A DNA stretch of 62,738 nt, filler included, from 9 parts of 9 records of this genome joined end to end with filler, not necessarily neighbours in it; one strand, 5' to 3'; counted from the first letter of the whole stretch, positions 21,438 to 33,565 are shown. Numbers and translations are program-made. The notes: generated by a model not told the origin, from the sequence alone.

Positions 21438-23501
21438 ATGATGACGCCACGTGCGGTGCCGTGGCTCGACTGGGCGGAGTGGGAGGCGGTGCGCGAGCTG
21501 CTGATCGCTCCTGAGCCGGAGCGCCGCGCCCGCGGCGTGCAGCGGGTCGCAGCCTGGCGGAGCCGCGGCAGACTGCCAGTGTCGGTCGAGACGACGGCAT
21601 GTCTGGTCGAGATCTGGCTGTCCGAGCGGGGTGTCCAGCCTCCGTCTGAGGTCCAGCTGCGGCTGTCTTACAGCATGGCGTTGCTGCGCATGGTCAACGG
21701 CATTTGCGACCCCTCCCAGCGTGGCAAGGCTGCCAGCAGCGTACTGACGCTGGCGCGTCGACTGGGGCTGCCACCGATGCTGGTCGATTTGAGACACGCT
21801 GCCACTCATGGTAGCCTGCCTGCACTGCCAGCACTCCAGCTCGGAGCATCGCAGGCGATGGAGTGGCTGCTCGAGAAGTACTGGCGACAGCAACACGAGC
21901 AGGCCGCAGCGCTCGAAAGTGACGACCGAGAGCTGGCCATCCAGCGCGAGGTAACAAGTGCGCTTAAACGATATCGCAAGTGGCGCGAGGGCTCAATGCA
22001 GAAGCAGCTCGATCAGGGGCAAGAACTCACCAAGATCAACCAAGACGACACTGCAGCTGCTGAAACGCGGCGATGCGCTGATGCGCTTGCTGGGTCTACC
22101 GCCGCGGTGCCCGATGATGCCATTGTAGAGGTGTTTCTCGATGGCAACATGTTAGTGCCAAAGGCAGACGATGATACTGCGGCGGATGCAGCGGGCCGTG
22201 AAGAAATTGCCTCGTTGCCATGGGTCAGGTCTGAGGTTGACGGCGTGTTCTCCCGGCTCCGGTGCGTCTGGCGTCCTGTTGTCGCCGCAGTAAGACAGCG
22301 CCGGCCACGGATTCGAGCAGCCCTGCTGTACGGTGTAATCGACCGGTTGTCGGCAGAAGGTGGAGGTCTAGACCTCTCATTGGGTGAGCAAGGCGTTGAC
22401 TCAGAGCCTTCGGCACAGTCGATCAGCACCCAGCAACGACTGCGCTTGGGGCTGCTGCAGCGCTGGGCGAAGTTTCTCATGTCCGCAGACGAGCGTTTGT
22501 GGCCAGCTCTGCAGACCTCTGTGACTCAGATTCCTGCCCGGGCACCGACGTCTGTTCTTGAGCTAGATCGCAACGAGACGATTTCCCGTTGCCTGCGTGG
22601 GATGAACGAGTGGTTGACTCCGTTGCTGGGCGAATTGCGACGGCGGCAGCAGGAGGAGCAAACGCAGAAGGACCATCATGCGAGGATCGCGAAGCTAGCT
22701 GGGCTCGGTTGCAGCATTTCGCTTTTGCAGCGAGATCCGGTGGGCGCGGTGACACAGTTGCAGAGCGTACAGGCTGCACAAGACGTGTCAACGACAGGCA
22801 CCGGCCGCAAGCCATCGGCGATACCAGTTCTACCGAATTGTGAAAGCGTTGCCGCACAGCTGGAGCAGTGGCGCGCGCAGAGCGTTGAGCGCCGTCGTTT
22901 GCAGGCTGAAGCGGAATCTGGCGGAGACGCAACGCGGGGTACAGGAGAAGAAATTGGGCGCGGGAGTGGCACCAACGAGCAAAATTCCTATGGAATGTGG
23001 TGCATTCCTTCGGGATACAAACCCACGTCAATCGGTGCACCTGCGCCGCACATTGCTAATCCAGCAGATGCCAACAGCCGCGACGACGCTAGCGATATGT
23101 CGCAAGACAATATTAGTGCTGAGCATATGGCGTCGCTGGAGCTACCAGATTTCATCAACGAAGTCTCGCTCTATGCAGCAATGCCTTCGCCAATAGCCGC
23201 AGCAGCTGGGTCCGCAAGCGACGATAGTCGTGGCATGGATCAGGCGACAAATGCGTCGGCACGGGAATACTCAAGCAGCTTCCACGTTGCTGGGGAAGAC
23301 GATCCAATGGGCGTTGATGCCACTGGATGGGATAGCCACGGGTACAGTCTGCCAGCACCAACCGCGTTCGATGGCTCGGAGGCCGCTGCGACAGTAGGTT
23401 CGTCGGCACCACGATCTACGGATAGTGAGCCAGCACGACTACTTTCAACCGAAGACATCAACCTGCATTGCGCGAGTGTACAATTAGTGGAGTGCTTGTG
23501 A
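21438..23501 (+). CDS. LAS1: Las1-like pre-rRNA ITS2 endoribonuclease
   Basis: VPWLDWAEW, AWRSRGRLP, LRLSYSMALLRMVNG, HEPN motif VDLRHAATHGSLP, AMEWLLEKYW. Confidence 0.9.
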   Translation: MMTPRAVPWLDWAEWEAVRELLIAPEPERRARGVQRVAAWRSRGRLPVSVETTACLVEIWLSERGVQPPSEVQLRLSYSMALLRMVNGICDPSQRGKAASSVLTLARRLGLPPMLVDLRHAATHGSLPALPALQLGASQAMEWLLEKYWRQQHEQAAALESDDRELAIQREVTSALKRYRKWREGSMQKQLDQGQELTKINQDDTAAAETRRCADALAGSTAAVPDDAIVEVFLDGNMLVPKADDDTAADAAGREEIASLPWVRSEVDGVFSRLRCVWRPVVAAVRQRRPRIRAALLYGVIDRLSAEGGGLDLSLGEQGVDSEPSAQSISTQQRLRLGLLQRWAKFLMSADERLWPALQTSVTQIPARAPTSVLELDRNETISRCLRGMNEWLTPLLGELRRRQQEEQTQKDHHARIAKLAGLGCSISLLQRDPVGAVTQLQSVQAAQDVSTTGTGRKPSAIPVLPNCESVAAQLEQWRAQSVERRRLQAEAESGGDATRGTGEEIGRGSGTNEQNSYGMWCIPSGYKPTSIGAPAPHIANPADANSRDDASDMSQDNISAEHMASLELPDFINEVSLYAAMPSPIAAAAGSASDDSRGMDQATNASAREYSSSFHVAGEDDPMGVDATGWDSHGYSLPAPTAFDGSEAAATVGSSAPRSTDSEPARLLSTEDINLHCASVQLVECL

Positions 23502-23673
23502 ACTGGCTGAGGGCCGCGAAGGCGGCAATATAGCCACATTGATTCCATAGAGCAATAGGGCCTGCAGCGGCATGCGAATGTCGCCTGTTCCAACGCAACA
23601 TACTTCACGTTTCGTCATCGTGTCGGTCCGATGCAGTAACAGCTCCTTCCAATCGCCATGATCATTTAGGTGC

Positions 23674-26473
23674 TCATACCCATGTCTGCAGGTCCAGCAC
23701 GTCAGTGAGAAGGCACACACGTAGAAACTCGGCAGCTCTAATCAATGCACTGCGCTTCGCCTGCAGGTCGTCAAGCACCAGCTCGTACTCGGGATCAGAG
23801 TGTGACTCAGCTGCGCTCGCCGTATGCGCAGGCTCGTAGGATTGGTCTACGGACACGAACGTGTCATGAGCACTCCCCCTGGCTGCATCTGTGCAGATCT
23901 GCTGTTGGCGCAATAATGGGCAACTAGGTTGCCACATTTGCCAGGGTAGTGGCAACAAAGAACCGTCTCCCTGGGCTCGCATGTGTGACTGAACAGCCGC
24001 CGATGCCCGTTCCAGCCTTTCGCAGGCTTCTGCATGGCTGGGTGCTTGATAATTGTGCAATGCTTGTCGTACCACTTGCTCAAGCGCTCGTTGAAATCCA
24101 CCGTAAGCGAGAGATGTCTGTAAGCTCTCGGCAGACTCCGCATCCACATGTCCTGGACCAAACCCGGTATAAGCCTCATCAGTATTGTTCGAGATATCGG
24201 TCTCGTTTTGGTGCAGCAGATACCGTTGCTCTTGCTCAATCTGAGCAACACGAAGCGCCTCAGCTGCATGAAGTTCAAAACAACCAGCACCAGGAAGAAC
24301 TGCGCCGGTTGAGATCGTGCTTTGAAGTCGGCCTAGGCACTTCCAAAAGCCTGCTTCATACACAGTAGCAGCTGCATCTGTGCTCGCACACAATATCACC
24401 GTCACATGCGGCTTTACTCCACGAGCATATACAGTGCTGCTGTCCTTATTGCGATCTCTGTCGTTGCTAGTGTTCTGTCTCAGCTGAGTCGACAAGCTGC
24501 TTTTCTGTGCAACAGAAACGGCCAGCATATTTGACCTTGGCATATGGAAGGCGCCCGCCGTTCCTACTGTGTCCTCGGGACAAGGAGAACCGGTCCCGCA
24601 GTACCAACCACGTTGCTCCCAGAGCTCCAAGCGAAGAAGTTGTAGAGAAGTGTGCGTCTGCTTGATCCTCCGAAAGCTGTGAACAGCTCTGGAGCCGCAC
24701 AAAGATACAAGCTTATGGAAGCTGTGACGAGGCATGTTGTCAAGTACGATCACACCTCGGGCAGTGCACCATTGGACAACCTGGCAATCGACGTTCCCAC
24801 TGGCAGCCAGTAGACCAAGTCTGTGGCAACTGTCCAGAATTTCGTCTACCTGACGATGAGACAGTTCATCTCCCGGACTGGGAATGGCACCATCGACAGT
24901 CGCACAGCATATACCATCTACAATGTTGCGTGACGAAGTTGATTGTGCAGCAGTCGCATGCACGCTGTGGTGCACTCGCATTGCTACACGGATGCTGTGC
25001 AGCTGTCCAGGGGCGTCTGGGACAGAGACGTTCAGCACTAGACCAGCAATGACGTAATGTCTACAGCCGCTCTGACTGTTCGTTCTCGCAAAGTTGGGAT
25101 GCTCTTGCCAGTCCATCTCCGCGCCACCAAGCATTCGCATGACACTAACTTGCGACAAGCCCAGCCATGGGAGTGGAGGAGCCTCGCTGTTTGTTCTGTT
25201 GCCACTGCGGTGCGTGGGTTCGCACACTGTTTCAGAGTCGACCGCTAGCAACAACGCAGTGGCAAGCGCCAATTCCATCATATCCGGCTGCCCGTGGTGC
25301 AGGCCGGTCGCGGCGCACCGCAACGCACGCCAAAAACGAAGGTGCCAAGCCGACCCGGCACCTTTCTCCGCCCCTGCAGATGTTCGACAATCACAGCATG
25401 TGCCAGCTCTGAAGTCACACGCAGTAGGGCCGATGTAGTTCCAATTGCCACACCGGCATAATCGACCACTGTGTGTAAGCGCTTGGGGAGTGTAGCCATC
25501 ACCTGCAGTCCCTAGCGCCTCTGAGCCTCTGTTGACTTGCGCACCAACCATTGAAGCTGGTGTAGCCAACGCTGCTGAGGCTGAAGCTGTCGCGAGGGCC
25601 GACATGGTCACAGGATTTAAACTGAGGTCAGGTGGCAACACTGGGGACACGTCGGCTACGACGATCGTGCTGGTGTCATCCTCGGCGAAAAACCAACCTA
25701 CGTCGTCGTCAGCACTTTCCAGCTCGGCCGAACGTTCGGGCTGGTCGGGCTGAAACTGATGACTAGCGAAGGGCGGCACTGCTCCACTGCTTGATGAAGG
25801 TGATGCATCAGGCAGCCCACGTGGACCAGTGTTTTCTGTCGCCGCACCTGCGAGCCGTGCAGATATGTCCAGCCAGTGCCTGAGATACCGAGCTGTTTGG
25901 ATAGAACGAAACTGAGGCCGGACGCGCACCTTCATCGAGTAGCTGGTCAATGTCCACGGCTAGCTCGTTGGCTGTGGCCAGACAGCATTCCGCTGCCTCT
26001 GCGAAGCCGCGTACGATTGTAGTTGGCGGTAGGCCCGCCCGCTCCAGCGTCTCCGCCTCAACACAGAGTGCTCCGATCAGCGCCAGCATCTGCGTCGTTC
26101 CTGAGCCATGTTCCGCGTGCTGTGCAAACACCGACTCCCGCAGAAGCTGCGCCACTGGGTGCTGTACGTCGAGGATCTCCAGCACGCCCAGCGCGTCCGC
26201 GACCAGCCGCGGCTCTGCCACGTCCTCGAGTGCCTTGATGACTGAAGTAGCGCACAGTCAAGAGAACGTCAGCTCTGGCTGCAGCGACTCAGCGCCACAG
26301 AGCACTGACAAGTGGCAGCGGGACGAATCAACGCACAGACTGACTGACTGGCTGGCCGTCTCTCAGACGCAAAGCAATGTAGCTGACTCACCCTGGGTTG
26401 GTCCGAGCAGGGAGGCCGCGGAGCCGCAGACTGCACGCAGCACGCGCAGTGTGCGCCTCCGCGCCTCCGCCAT
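23674..26473 (-). CDS. BBS12: Chaperonin-like BBSome assembly protein, BBS12-like, ~855 aa, 3 exons
   Basis: Exons 26473-26392, 26241-25930, 25847-23674 in phase. SLLGP; QLLRESVFAQHAEHGSGTT (degenerate GDGTT); VTVILC..EAGFWKCLGRL..VLPGAGCFE; VLDDLQAKRSALIRAAEFLRVCLLTD recall BBS12 more than canonical CCT subunits. Confidence 0.72.
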
Positions 26474-27216
26474 CGCTGGTGCAGTGACGCACACACGCTG
26501 CCGAGCAGGCACCGACGGACGCCGCCTTTTTTCCAGCGTTGTATTGAATTCTGACTGCTGATCATCGAACTGGATTGCGAGCTCACTCACGCGAGCGACG
26601 GAGCACGGGACGACAACGAATTCCCCGGACGAATACCGGCCGTGCGGCGTGCGGCGGCGAAGTTCAAGTTGTGGTGTATTTTCAGCGGCGCAGTGTGATT
26701 GTTTGGTCTGTTGTGTTCACGATTGGCATCCACCCATGCATCCACCCAATAGAGTGCAGGACAATGACAATGATTGGATTTCCAGTGAGGGTTGGTTGCA
26801 AGCAAGAGGGTGTCATCCCAGCTCACGAGAACGAGCCACCCCTAGGTCTACACCACTCGCCAAGCGAAGCGGCCACCTCCACTCCCGCCGCAGCCCCAAG
26901 CAGGCTGCGGAGTCCAAGCTCAGGAAGCTATCAAGACAAGCAACACCATAATCGATCCACGTGGCGATGGGCGTGTGTCTAAATATGCATGACAGGGCAC
27001 AAGAATTCATGACAGGGCATTTGCGGGACCACAGGAACGAAGCAATCTTCTACATGTATAGCAACTTTACCTATGAGATGAATTGACTGACAGGCAGGCC
27101 CGATTTGTAGCTAATCGCTCACCGAGGTCGTTTAAATCCTAGAACTCGGTATGCACCGTCGTCAGTTCTGCAGTGACTGCCGAGCATGATTTCAATGCTC
27201 TTCCTGTAGGCTTCTT

Positions 27217-29724
27217 CTAGTACTTGGACCTATTGCGCATCATCTCCGCTAGATCGTGCGCTCGCATACGCCGTGGCTCTCGCTCCCCCGTGCTGGCTAG
27301 TCGTGCGTGGTCGCTTTGAAATTGACACGCGTACGCATACCTCGCCTGCGTCGTCCAATTTTGCCCGGATCTATGCAAAGTATATCGATCAAAAATCACC
27401 ACATCACCTGCACAAATGCGCTTTTTGTTATGGCAGCATCGTATGTAGCAGCTCAGCGTGTCGCATTTTGACAATCTCAAGTCCACTCTAATCGCAAGTT
27501 AGGCCGGCGGTTGTTGTACGCACCTGCGTTAAGGGAGGGCATCTGGGCCACGTTTGATGGTGTAGTCAAGGCCTCCCGATGGCCACCGTATTCTTGTGAC
27601 TGGTGGTTTGGCCACACGCCCTGCACCGAACAGGCAACCACGCGTTCACATGGCCATTGCGCGTTCCGAATTATACCAGATACCACAACATACCGAAGCT
27701 CACATATCAACCATAGTGTCGCCCCAGTGCATCCGGATCTGACTTACATTGAGATGTGATGCTGGTGCAACCCAGAGCTGACCTTTGCACTCGTCGATCT
27801 CGTCTAACGCTACAAAGCAATTCAGCGCCCCGCCCAGCACGTGCGTGTACCTAACACAAACAACCGACCATTTTGCAAATCTGGGCCTGAAAAGCTTTGA
27901 CCTGCACGATTCTGATGAGGTTTCACTTACATGTTGTCAGAGTGCCACGGCAAACCAGTACCACCATTCGGAGGCACGACTGCAAGCATGCCGTAGTACA
28001 CGCGTGCTGGAGCCCCCCCAAGCAGTTGTGATGCCGCACTGACCAGTGATGGGTCACGCAACAACGCGTGAAGTTCTGCATCGACCATTGGGTCCTCGTG
28101 GTTGAAGACAGCAGGTGTCCAACGCATGACAGGGCTGGTGGCGCCGTTGACGGCCTCATTGAATGTTTGTTCTCCGAGCAATCGCACAGAGTCAACAGTG
28201 TTGCTATTAACCAGGTTTCGACACACAATATACCCTGGACGAGCATAGATAGAACGAAAACAGCTCAGACTTAGAGCGCCGCCACACCTCAAGCAGATGC
28301 GAGACTGCATGATCACAATGCCGAGAACACGCACCGTCACGATAAAATGCAGCAATCTGCTCCTCCGACAGAACAGTGTCATTCATAGTTGCGGCGGAAG
28401 GCGAAGGCTCTGGCAAAAAGTCGCAGATGAAGTCTTCATTGTTGCTCTTGGTCATCACAGTACTAGCCAGCTCACGAGCCTGCGATTGACAATAGTCAGG
28501 TTATACCCTGGTCAGTGTCGGCTCACCGAAACGCTTGCTGACAAACAGCTAAGACTACGCCTGAACTCACCTCAACGCCACAATTTGCGGGAGCGACAGC
28601 CCACCCAGCCCATTTAAACATCCCTACGTCATTGTCGCCGTCTCCAAAGGCACAACAGTCTGCCGCGCTGACATCCAGCAAATTTGCAACAACTGCCAGC
28701 GCTGTTGCCTTGTCAGTCCCTGCCTGTCGTAGAAGCGCAGTATTCGGCCCAGCTAGGTGCTCTCGGACGAATTCAAGGTTACTGCCGTGCGCAGCGTTCT
28801 CTGCCTCCACCACAGGCTGTAGTAGAGTTGTAAGGTCCAAAGGCTCGTCGCCAGACTCGGCTTCGTACACAACACGAACCCATCCGAGAACCTCAGTCTC
28901 TCTCACAGTTGCATCGAAACTCTGAGGCGTAAGAACCCGAGGGAGGCGCGCGGCAAAATCTCCTACGGCACGCTGCCCACTTGCGACCAGGCTGCGGATG
29001 GCCTCGCCCCACGCAGGGTTGCATTCCTCGAGAAACTCTTGCACACGCCGCGAGGTCACAATTGTGCCGTACGCGCCGAGGCCGTCGAAGCCTTCGTGCA
29101 GCTGGACACCAAAGTGCAGGGCTCCGGCGGTCAACTCTGCTCGAAGTGTACTCACAAGTCGCGTGCAGCAAGCACCACTCAGGCCCTGCTCCCAGACGAG
29201 CGCCCATTCGCCACTCCGACCTGCCGTTGGCGCTAGCACGCATCCCCCGTCGCAGCAAACCAGGTAGCTCACGACGCCCGGCCGCAAATCGCGATCCAAT
29301 ACCTGTCGAAAACGGCGGTGGGCAAGATGACATGCATGCAGAAAGTCTACAGTGGATCTGGCGATTGGAATGTGCACCTGCGTCGCCGCGCTCGGAGGGC
29401 GACCAGTGGCCACGATCATCTTCCCTCCCGCAGCCACATACCTGTTTCGCAGTGAAACCCCTTTCAAGCAAGTATAGGATCGTGATTTGGGGGCGGGATG
29501 ACGGCGGTGGTTGGACGCCACAGAGAGCTAAAACATCACAGTATGGAGCGAATGGGGATCGTACGGCGCATTGCGTGGTGGCCAGGATACTGAACGTACT
29601 CTTGCAGCGCAGTCGCAGTGCGGCGGGAGATGTGGTCATGGCCGTCGGGATGGTCGCGTGATGTGCAGAGCGTGCCGTCCATGTCGAAGATGCACGCAGC
29701 AAACCGCCGCACGAAGGCCTCCAT
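27217..29724 (-). CDS. Cof-type HAD phosphatase fused to a PhyH-family Fe(II)/2-oxoglutarate dioxygenase, ~586 aa, 8 exons
   Basis: Exons 29724-29600, 29441-29378, 29302-28571, 28479-28335, 28234-27931, 27850-27748, 27620-27524, 27407-27217 (1761 nt, all GT-AG, in phase). HAD motifs FDMDGTL, VATGR, GTDK, AFGDGDNDVGMF, TKSNNED. PhyH motifs FYRDGY, PWHSDN, LWVAPASH, AGDVVIF..LHRSGQN..RYA. Confidence 0.75.
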
Positions 29725-30404
29725 ATACGATACGCGCCTCCGGAACGAACTCACTACCTAATGCCCTGGGCAGCAACGGCAGCAGCGAGGTGCCAGTCCG
29801 CGGCGCCGGGCGACGGGGCGAGGGCCGGCGTCGAGGCGCGTTGCCGCCGGTCCCGGTACCTGTCGATCCGCCGCGGCGCCGGTGCGAAAATTTGCTGGAT
29901 CTAAGAGTCACATTATGATTCAATGGTAATGTCGTACGCAAGCGCTGCTGCGTGCTGGCTAGCTGGCACCGCGGGCGGAGGTCGCCCCTTGGGCTGCCCG
30001 GGCCTGCTCACTGGGCTGGAGGCGTGCTGTGTGCAGCAGGCCTGCCAGGTGCGCACCTGCTGATGGAGNNNNNNNNNNNNNNNNNNNNNNNNNNNNNNNN
30101 NNNNNNNNNNNNTTAATTAATTAANNNNNNNNNNNNNNNNNNNNNNNNNNNNNNNNNNNNNNNNNNNNTAGATATTTATATTTTCCGTTTCCAAAGAGGT
30201 TAATAATTCGGCACTACACGGTAGATCAAATGAAGATCTACATTTCTACACCGCCCAGCAGTTCTTGAGCAGTCGGTGTGGGCCATGCCACGGACCCACC
30301 CATGCTCGCTGCTGCATCTGAATTTTGACCGTGGCAGTGGCTGGCACACACAACGTCTGTCTTCGTGTGCAGTCGTCCTGTCTGGAGCGGTGCCGCCGAC
30401 CACG

Positions 30405-31220
30405 ATGGCAGCCGCGGAGCGGCTGGCCGAGTGGCAGCTCTACTGGTCACCGAGCAGCTCGGCGGCTCTCCGCGTGGTGCTCGCGCTGCGGATCAAGGGG
30501 ATGTCGCTCGAGAACATGCACGTCTGCACGCCAAATACGAACCCGAAGGATGGCAGCCTCTACGTGGTCGAGCACGAGGGTGTTGTGGTCGAATACAACA
30601 CTATCAGCCCCGAGGGGCGCCTGCCTTCGCTGGTCGTGGGAACGATATCGGGAGCTGGTGGAGAACGGAGAAGGCTACTGACGCAGGCGGCGGCCATTCT
30701 GGAGTACATCGAAGACGCGCCAGAATTAGCCGCCGGCGCTGCGCTGATGCCGACAGACCCTTGGGGGCGCGCCCGGGTGCGGCAGATCTGCTGGCTGATC
30801 GGAGCGGACGCACACCCTCTACAAAACATGGGAATGATTGGCACCGCCATCCGCGATTTTGGCCTGCCAGATGGACCGGACGGCATTCAGACGCACCCGT
30901 TTCGTGTTCACTACCTGCGGCGGGCACTCTCTGCACTCGACGGTATCCTCACTGAGATAGCCGAGGAGGAAGGCAGCGGCAGTGATATTGAGTTCTGCGT
31001 CGGGCAGATGTTGACTCTGGCCGATATTTTTCTCGTTCCGCAGGTTCGCAACGCCATCGGTGCTGGAATCGTCGTCGAGCTGGAGTTCCCGAATGTCGCT
31101 CGCGTGTGGAACCACTGCCTCACCCTCGAGCCGATCATTTCCACGCTGGAGGAATGCGGCGGTATCACCCAACCCTCTTCCAGCGTGAAAATGGGTGGCG
31201 TGGATAACCCCAGGCTCTAA
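30405..31220 (+). CDS. Glutathione S-transferase zeta / maleylacetoacetate isomerase-like
   Basis: LY..SSSAALRVVLALRIKG, SPEGRLPSL, LTQAAAILEYIE, LMPTDPWGRARVR, ADAHPLQN, FCVG..TLADIFLVPQVRNA. Confidence 0.85.
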   Translation: MAAAERLAEWQLYWSPSSSAALRVVLALRIKGMSLENMHVCTPNTNPKDGSLYVVEHEGVVVEYNTISPEGRLPSLVVGTISGAGGERRRLLTQAAAILEYIEDAPELAAGAALMPTDPWGRARVRQICWLIGADAHPLQNMGMIGTAIRDFGLPDGPDGIQTHPFRVHYLRRALSALDGILTEIAEEEGSGSDIEFCVGQMLTLADIFLVPQVRNAIGAGIVVELEFPNVARVWNHCLTLEPIISTLEECGGITQPSSSVKMGGVDNPRL

Positions 31221-31578
31221 AGTGGCACTGGCTGCATACGCGACAGCAAGTGAAGCCTCACGCCACCTCTTAGACTGGCCTTCAGGCGGTGGCGAGTGGC
31301 CACGTGTCGAGTCTACCCACCGAGCCCTGGACCACCAAGAAGCGCGGGCGAAGCCGATCTCGAACTTTACCCCTAGTTGCGCTTTGCTGCTCGCTCACCG
31401 TGCGGCAATACTCGGCGGCCTCAATGATTTAGCACTGGGTGTGCAATAAAAATCATCTAATACATCTAGATGGGTATGGTTTGTCAGGGCGTGAGCGCAT
31501 CGGTCGGCCACGATCCATCTCCGCGCAAGCTGGTGACGGCGCAGATACACTGCAACAGCGACTTATAGATTATCTCAC

Positions 31579-32706
31579 TCACATGCCCGGTATAGGCTGC
31601 CCCCCGAGGCTTTCGAAAACATTGCGCGGCACCAAGACCGCGTGGCTGTCCTGTCCACGCAAAGTCAGCCGCTCCATCTGCTTCAGATACTGGACTGAAA
31701 CCATGTAGTCGACAGCCCTCCGCTGCGGGAAGCCCAGTTTGTCGAGGGCGCTCCGGAGTAGGCCGATGCCGTCCGCCTCCGCCTTGGCCTTCATCAGCTT
31801 GGCCTCGGCCTCGCCCTTTGCGATCTGAATCTGCCGGGTGCGCTCGCCCTCTGCGGACAGTATGACCTCCGCACACTTCCCCCGGCTGCTCACAATGGTG
31901 CTCTCGCGCAGTCCATCCGCTTGCAGGACGGCCGAGCGTCGCGTCCGCTCGGCCGTGATCTGGCTCTCCATAGCCTGCTTGATGTCTGGCGGGGGCTCGA
32001 TCTCGACGACCTCGACGCGTGTGATCTCGACGCCCCAGCGCTGCGCGTCCTTGGCCACGTGCTGCAGCAACTCGGAGTTGATCTGCTCGCGCGAGGAGAA
32101 GGCGTCGTCGAGCGTGATCTTTGCCAGGAGGTTGCGCAGGGTACTCTGCACGAGCAGCTCGATGGCGTACGGGAGGTTTTGGATCTTGTACACCGCGAGC
32201 CGCGGGTCACGGATGACGAAGTACGCCAGCGCGTTGATGCTGATCGCGACCGTGTCCTTGGTGATGACCGTCTGCTTCGCGAAGTCTAGCACGTGCTCGC
32301 GTGTGTCCACCCGGTCGCGCAGCACGGTCATCAGCTTGACCGTGGTTGACGGCATGCCGGGCGGGATGACGAGGTGACGCCAGTGGATCTGGCGCGGGGC
32401 CTCAATGCCGGGAATGATGAAGTGGATGCCGGGCTTGAGGATCTTCTGGAACTTCCCGAACCTCTCGATCAGCATGACCTCGGTCTGATTGACGCGCTTG
32501 AAGCTCATCGCCAGAAAGACGATCAAGAGCGCGTACGCCACGAACGGCGTCAGCGAGTTCGCGGTGATGCCGCCCCCCTCCCCACCCTGCAGCTGCCGAT
32601 GCGCCGCATCCGCCACTCCCCCCAGTCCCCACGCACCCGGCAGGCCGACCCCGGTCGCCCAGCCCCCAAAGGAGCCGCGCACGAACGCCGCCGCCGACTC
32701 CATCAT
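31579..32706 (-). CDS. SPFH/band-7 stomatin-like membrane protein
   Basis: TM segment then IERFGKF..LKPGIHFIIP, QTVITKDTV, QSTLRN..ITLDDAFSSREQIN, WGVEITRVE, AMESQITAER and Ala/Glu coiled coil; a further 3' exon is possible. Confidence 0.9.
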   Translation of the reverse strand: MMESAAAFVRGSFGGWATGVGLPGAWGLGGVADAAHRQLQGGEGGGITANSLTPFVAYALLIVFLAMSFKRVNQTEVMLIERFGKFQKILKPGIHFIIPGIEAPRQIHWRHLVIPPGMPSTTVKLMTVLRDRVDTREHVLDFAKQTVITKDTVAISINALAYFVIRDPRLAVYKIQNLPYAIELLVQSTLRNLLAKITLDDAFSSREQINSELLQHVAKDAQRWGVEITRVEVVEIEPPPDIKQAMESQITAERTRRSAVLQADGLRESTIVSSRGKCAEVILSAEGERTRQIQIAKGEAEAKLMKAKAEADGIGLLRSALDKLGFPQRRAVDYMVSVQYLKQMERLTLRGQDSHAVLVPRNVFESLGGQPIPGM

Positions 32707-33524
32707 ATCGGTACACGATCCTCAACCCACCCCTCGGACCACAAAGACCTTCCCCGAAAAGCCAATCGACAGTGCAACAACCCCTTCCGGCGCCCCGACG
32801 AGTATCACGCCTCGCTTGCCCGCCAATCTGCACACCAGCGCCACAACCCCGCGCCTCAGTCACGGCCCTCCCCACGGAGCCTCCCCCCTCCCTCACGCCC
32901 CCCTCAAAGCCAGCCTTCTAGTTGAAGGCGGTTCGCTCGCTCTTGTACACGCACAACGCGCCAAAAGCCACAGCTGTGGGCCTGTACCCTTCCGTAGCTT
33001 TAGTGAATTCATCAGATATCCAGGTGGTCATTTCTGACGCTTTGAGAGTGTTTCTCAAACTACAAACTATAAACTCGTATACTAAATTTTGATATGATTT
33101 ATAATGTATACTGCAGTTTATCGTTTCTGAAGTGTTTTCGTGGTCAAACGAGGAGGTGGAATTCTGATTAATGCGTCAGTCTACACATACGGTACGGTAG
33201 GCGCTCCTGCCGGATTCTGATGCGGTTGCTGCACGGGATTGAGTTCCTTGGGTCTCCGCCTCCCATCCAGAGGGATGATGACTCGGAAACCTGCTCAGAA
33301 CTTTGCTCGGCCAACAATTTGCAATAACGGATGAATTCCGCTAGTGATGTGGGAAGAGAGCCGCTGCGCGACTCGCGGTGGTCCTCGAGGAGAGCGTCCA
33401 CTCGATTTCTCAGTGAGTTCTCCGGAGTCCCCAAACCGCGGTCAATCAAGCACCGGAGAGGATTCAATTGCGGTGAATCTGCACTAATAGCGTGTGCTCA
33501 TGGAGAATTTTATCGGCTTCGAGC

Positions 33525-33565
33525 GAATGACTGGGAGAATGACTGGGAGAGTTCCCCAGTCATTC
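33525..33565. repeat. Duplicated-arm hairpin (GAATGACTGGGA x2, loop, CCCAGTCATTC)
   Basis: Tandem 12-mers at 33525 and 33537; 11-nt reverse complement at 33555-33565. Confidence 0.85.

Noticed and set aside
28893-29702. Long overlapping or antisense ORFs (also 12626-13462, 37433-38122, 41201-41833 and many others)
   Set aside because: Shadows of GC-rich coding sequence with no recognisable motifs.
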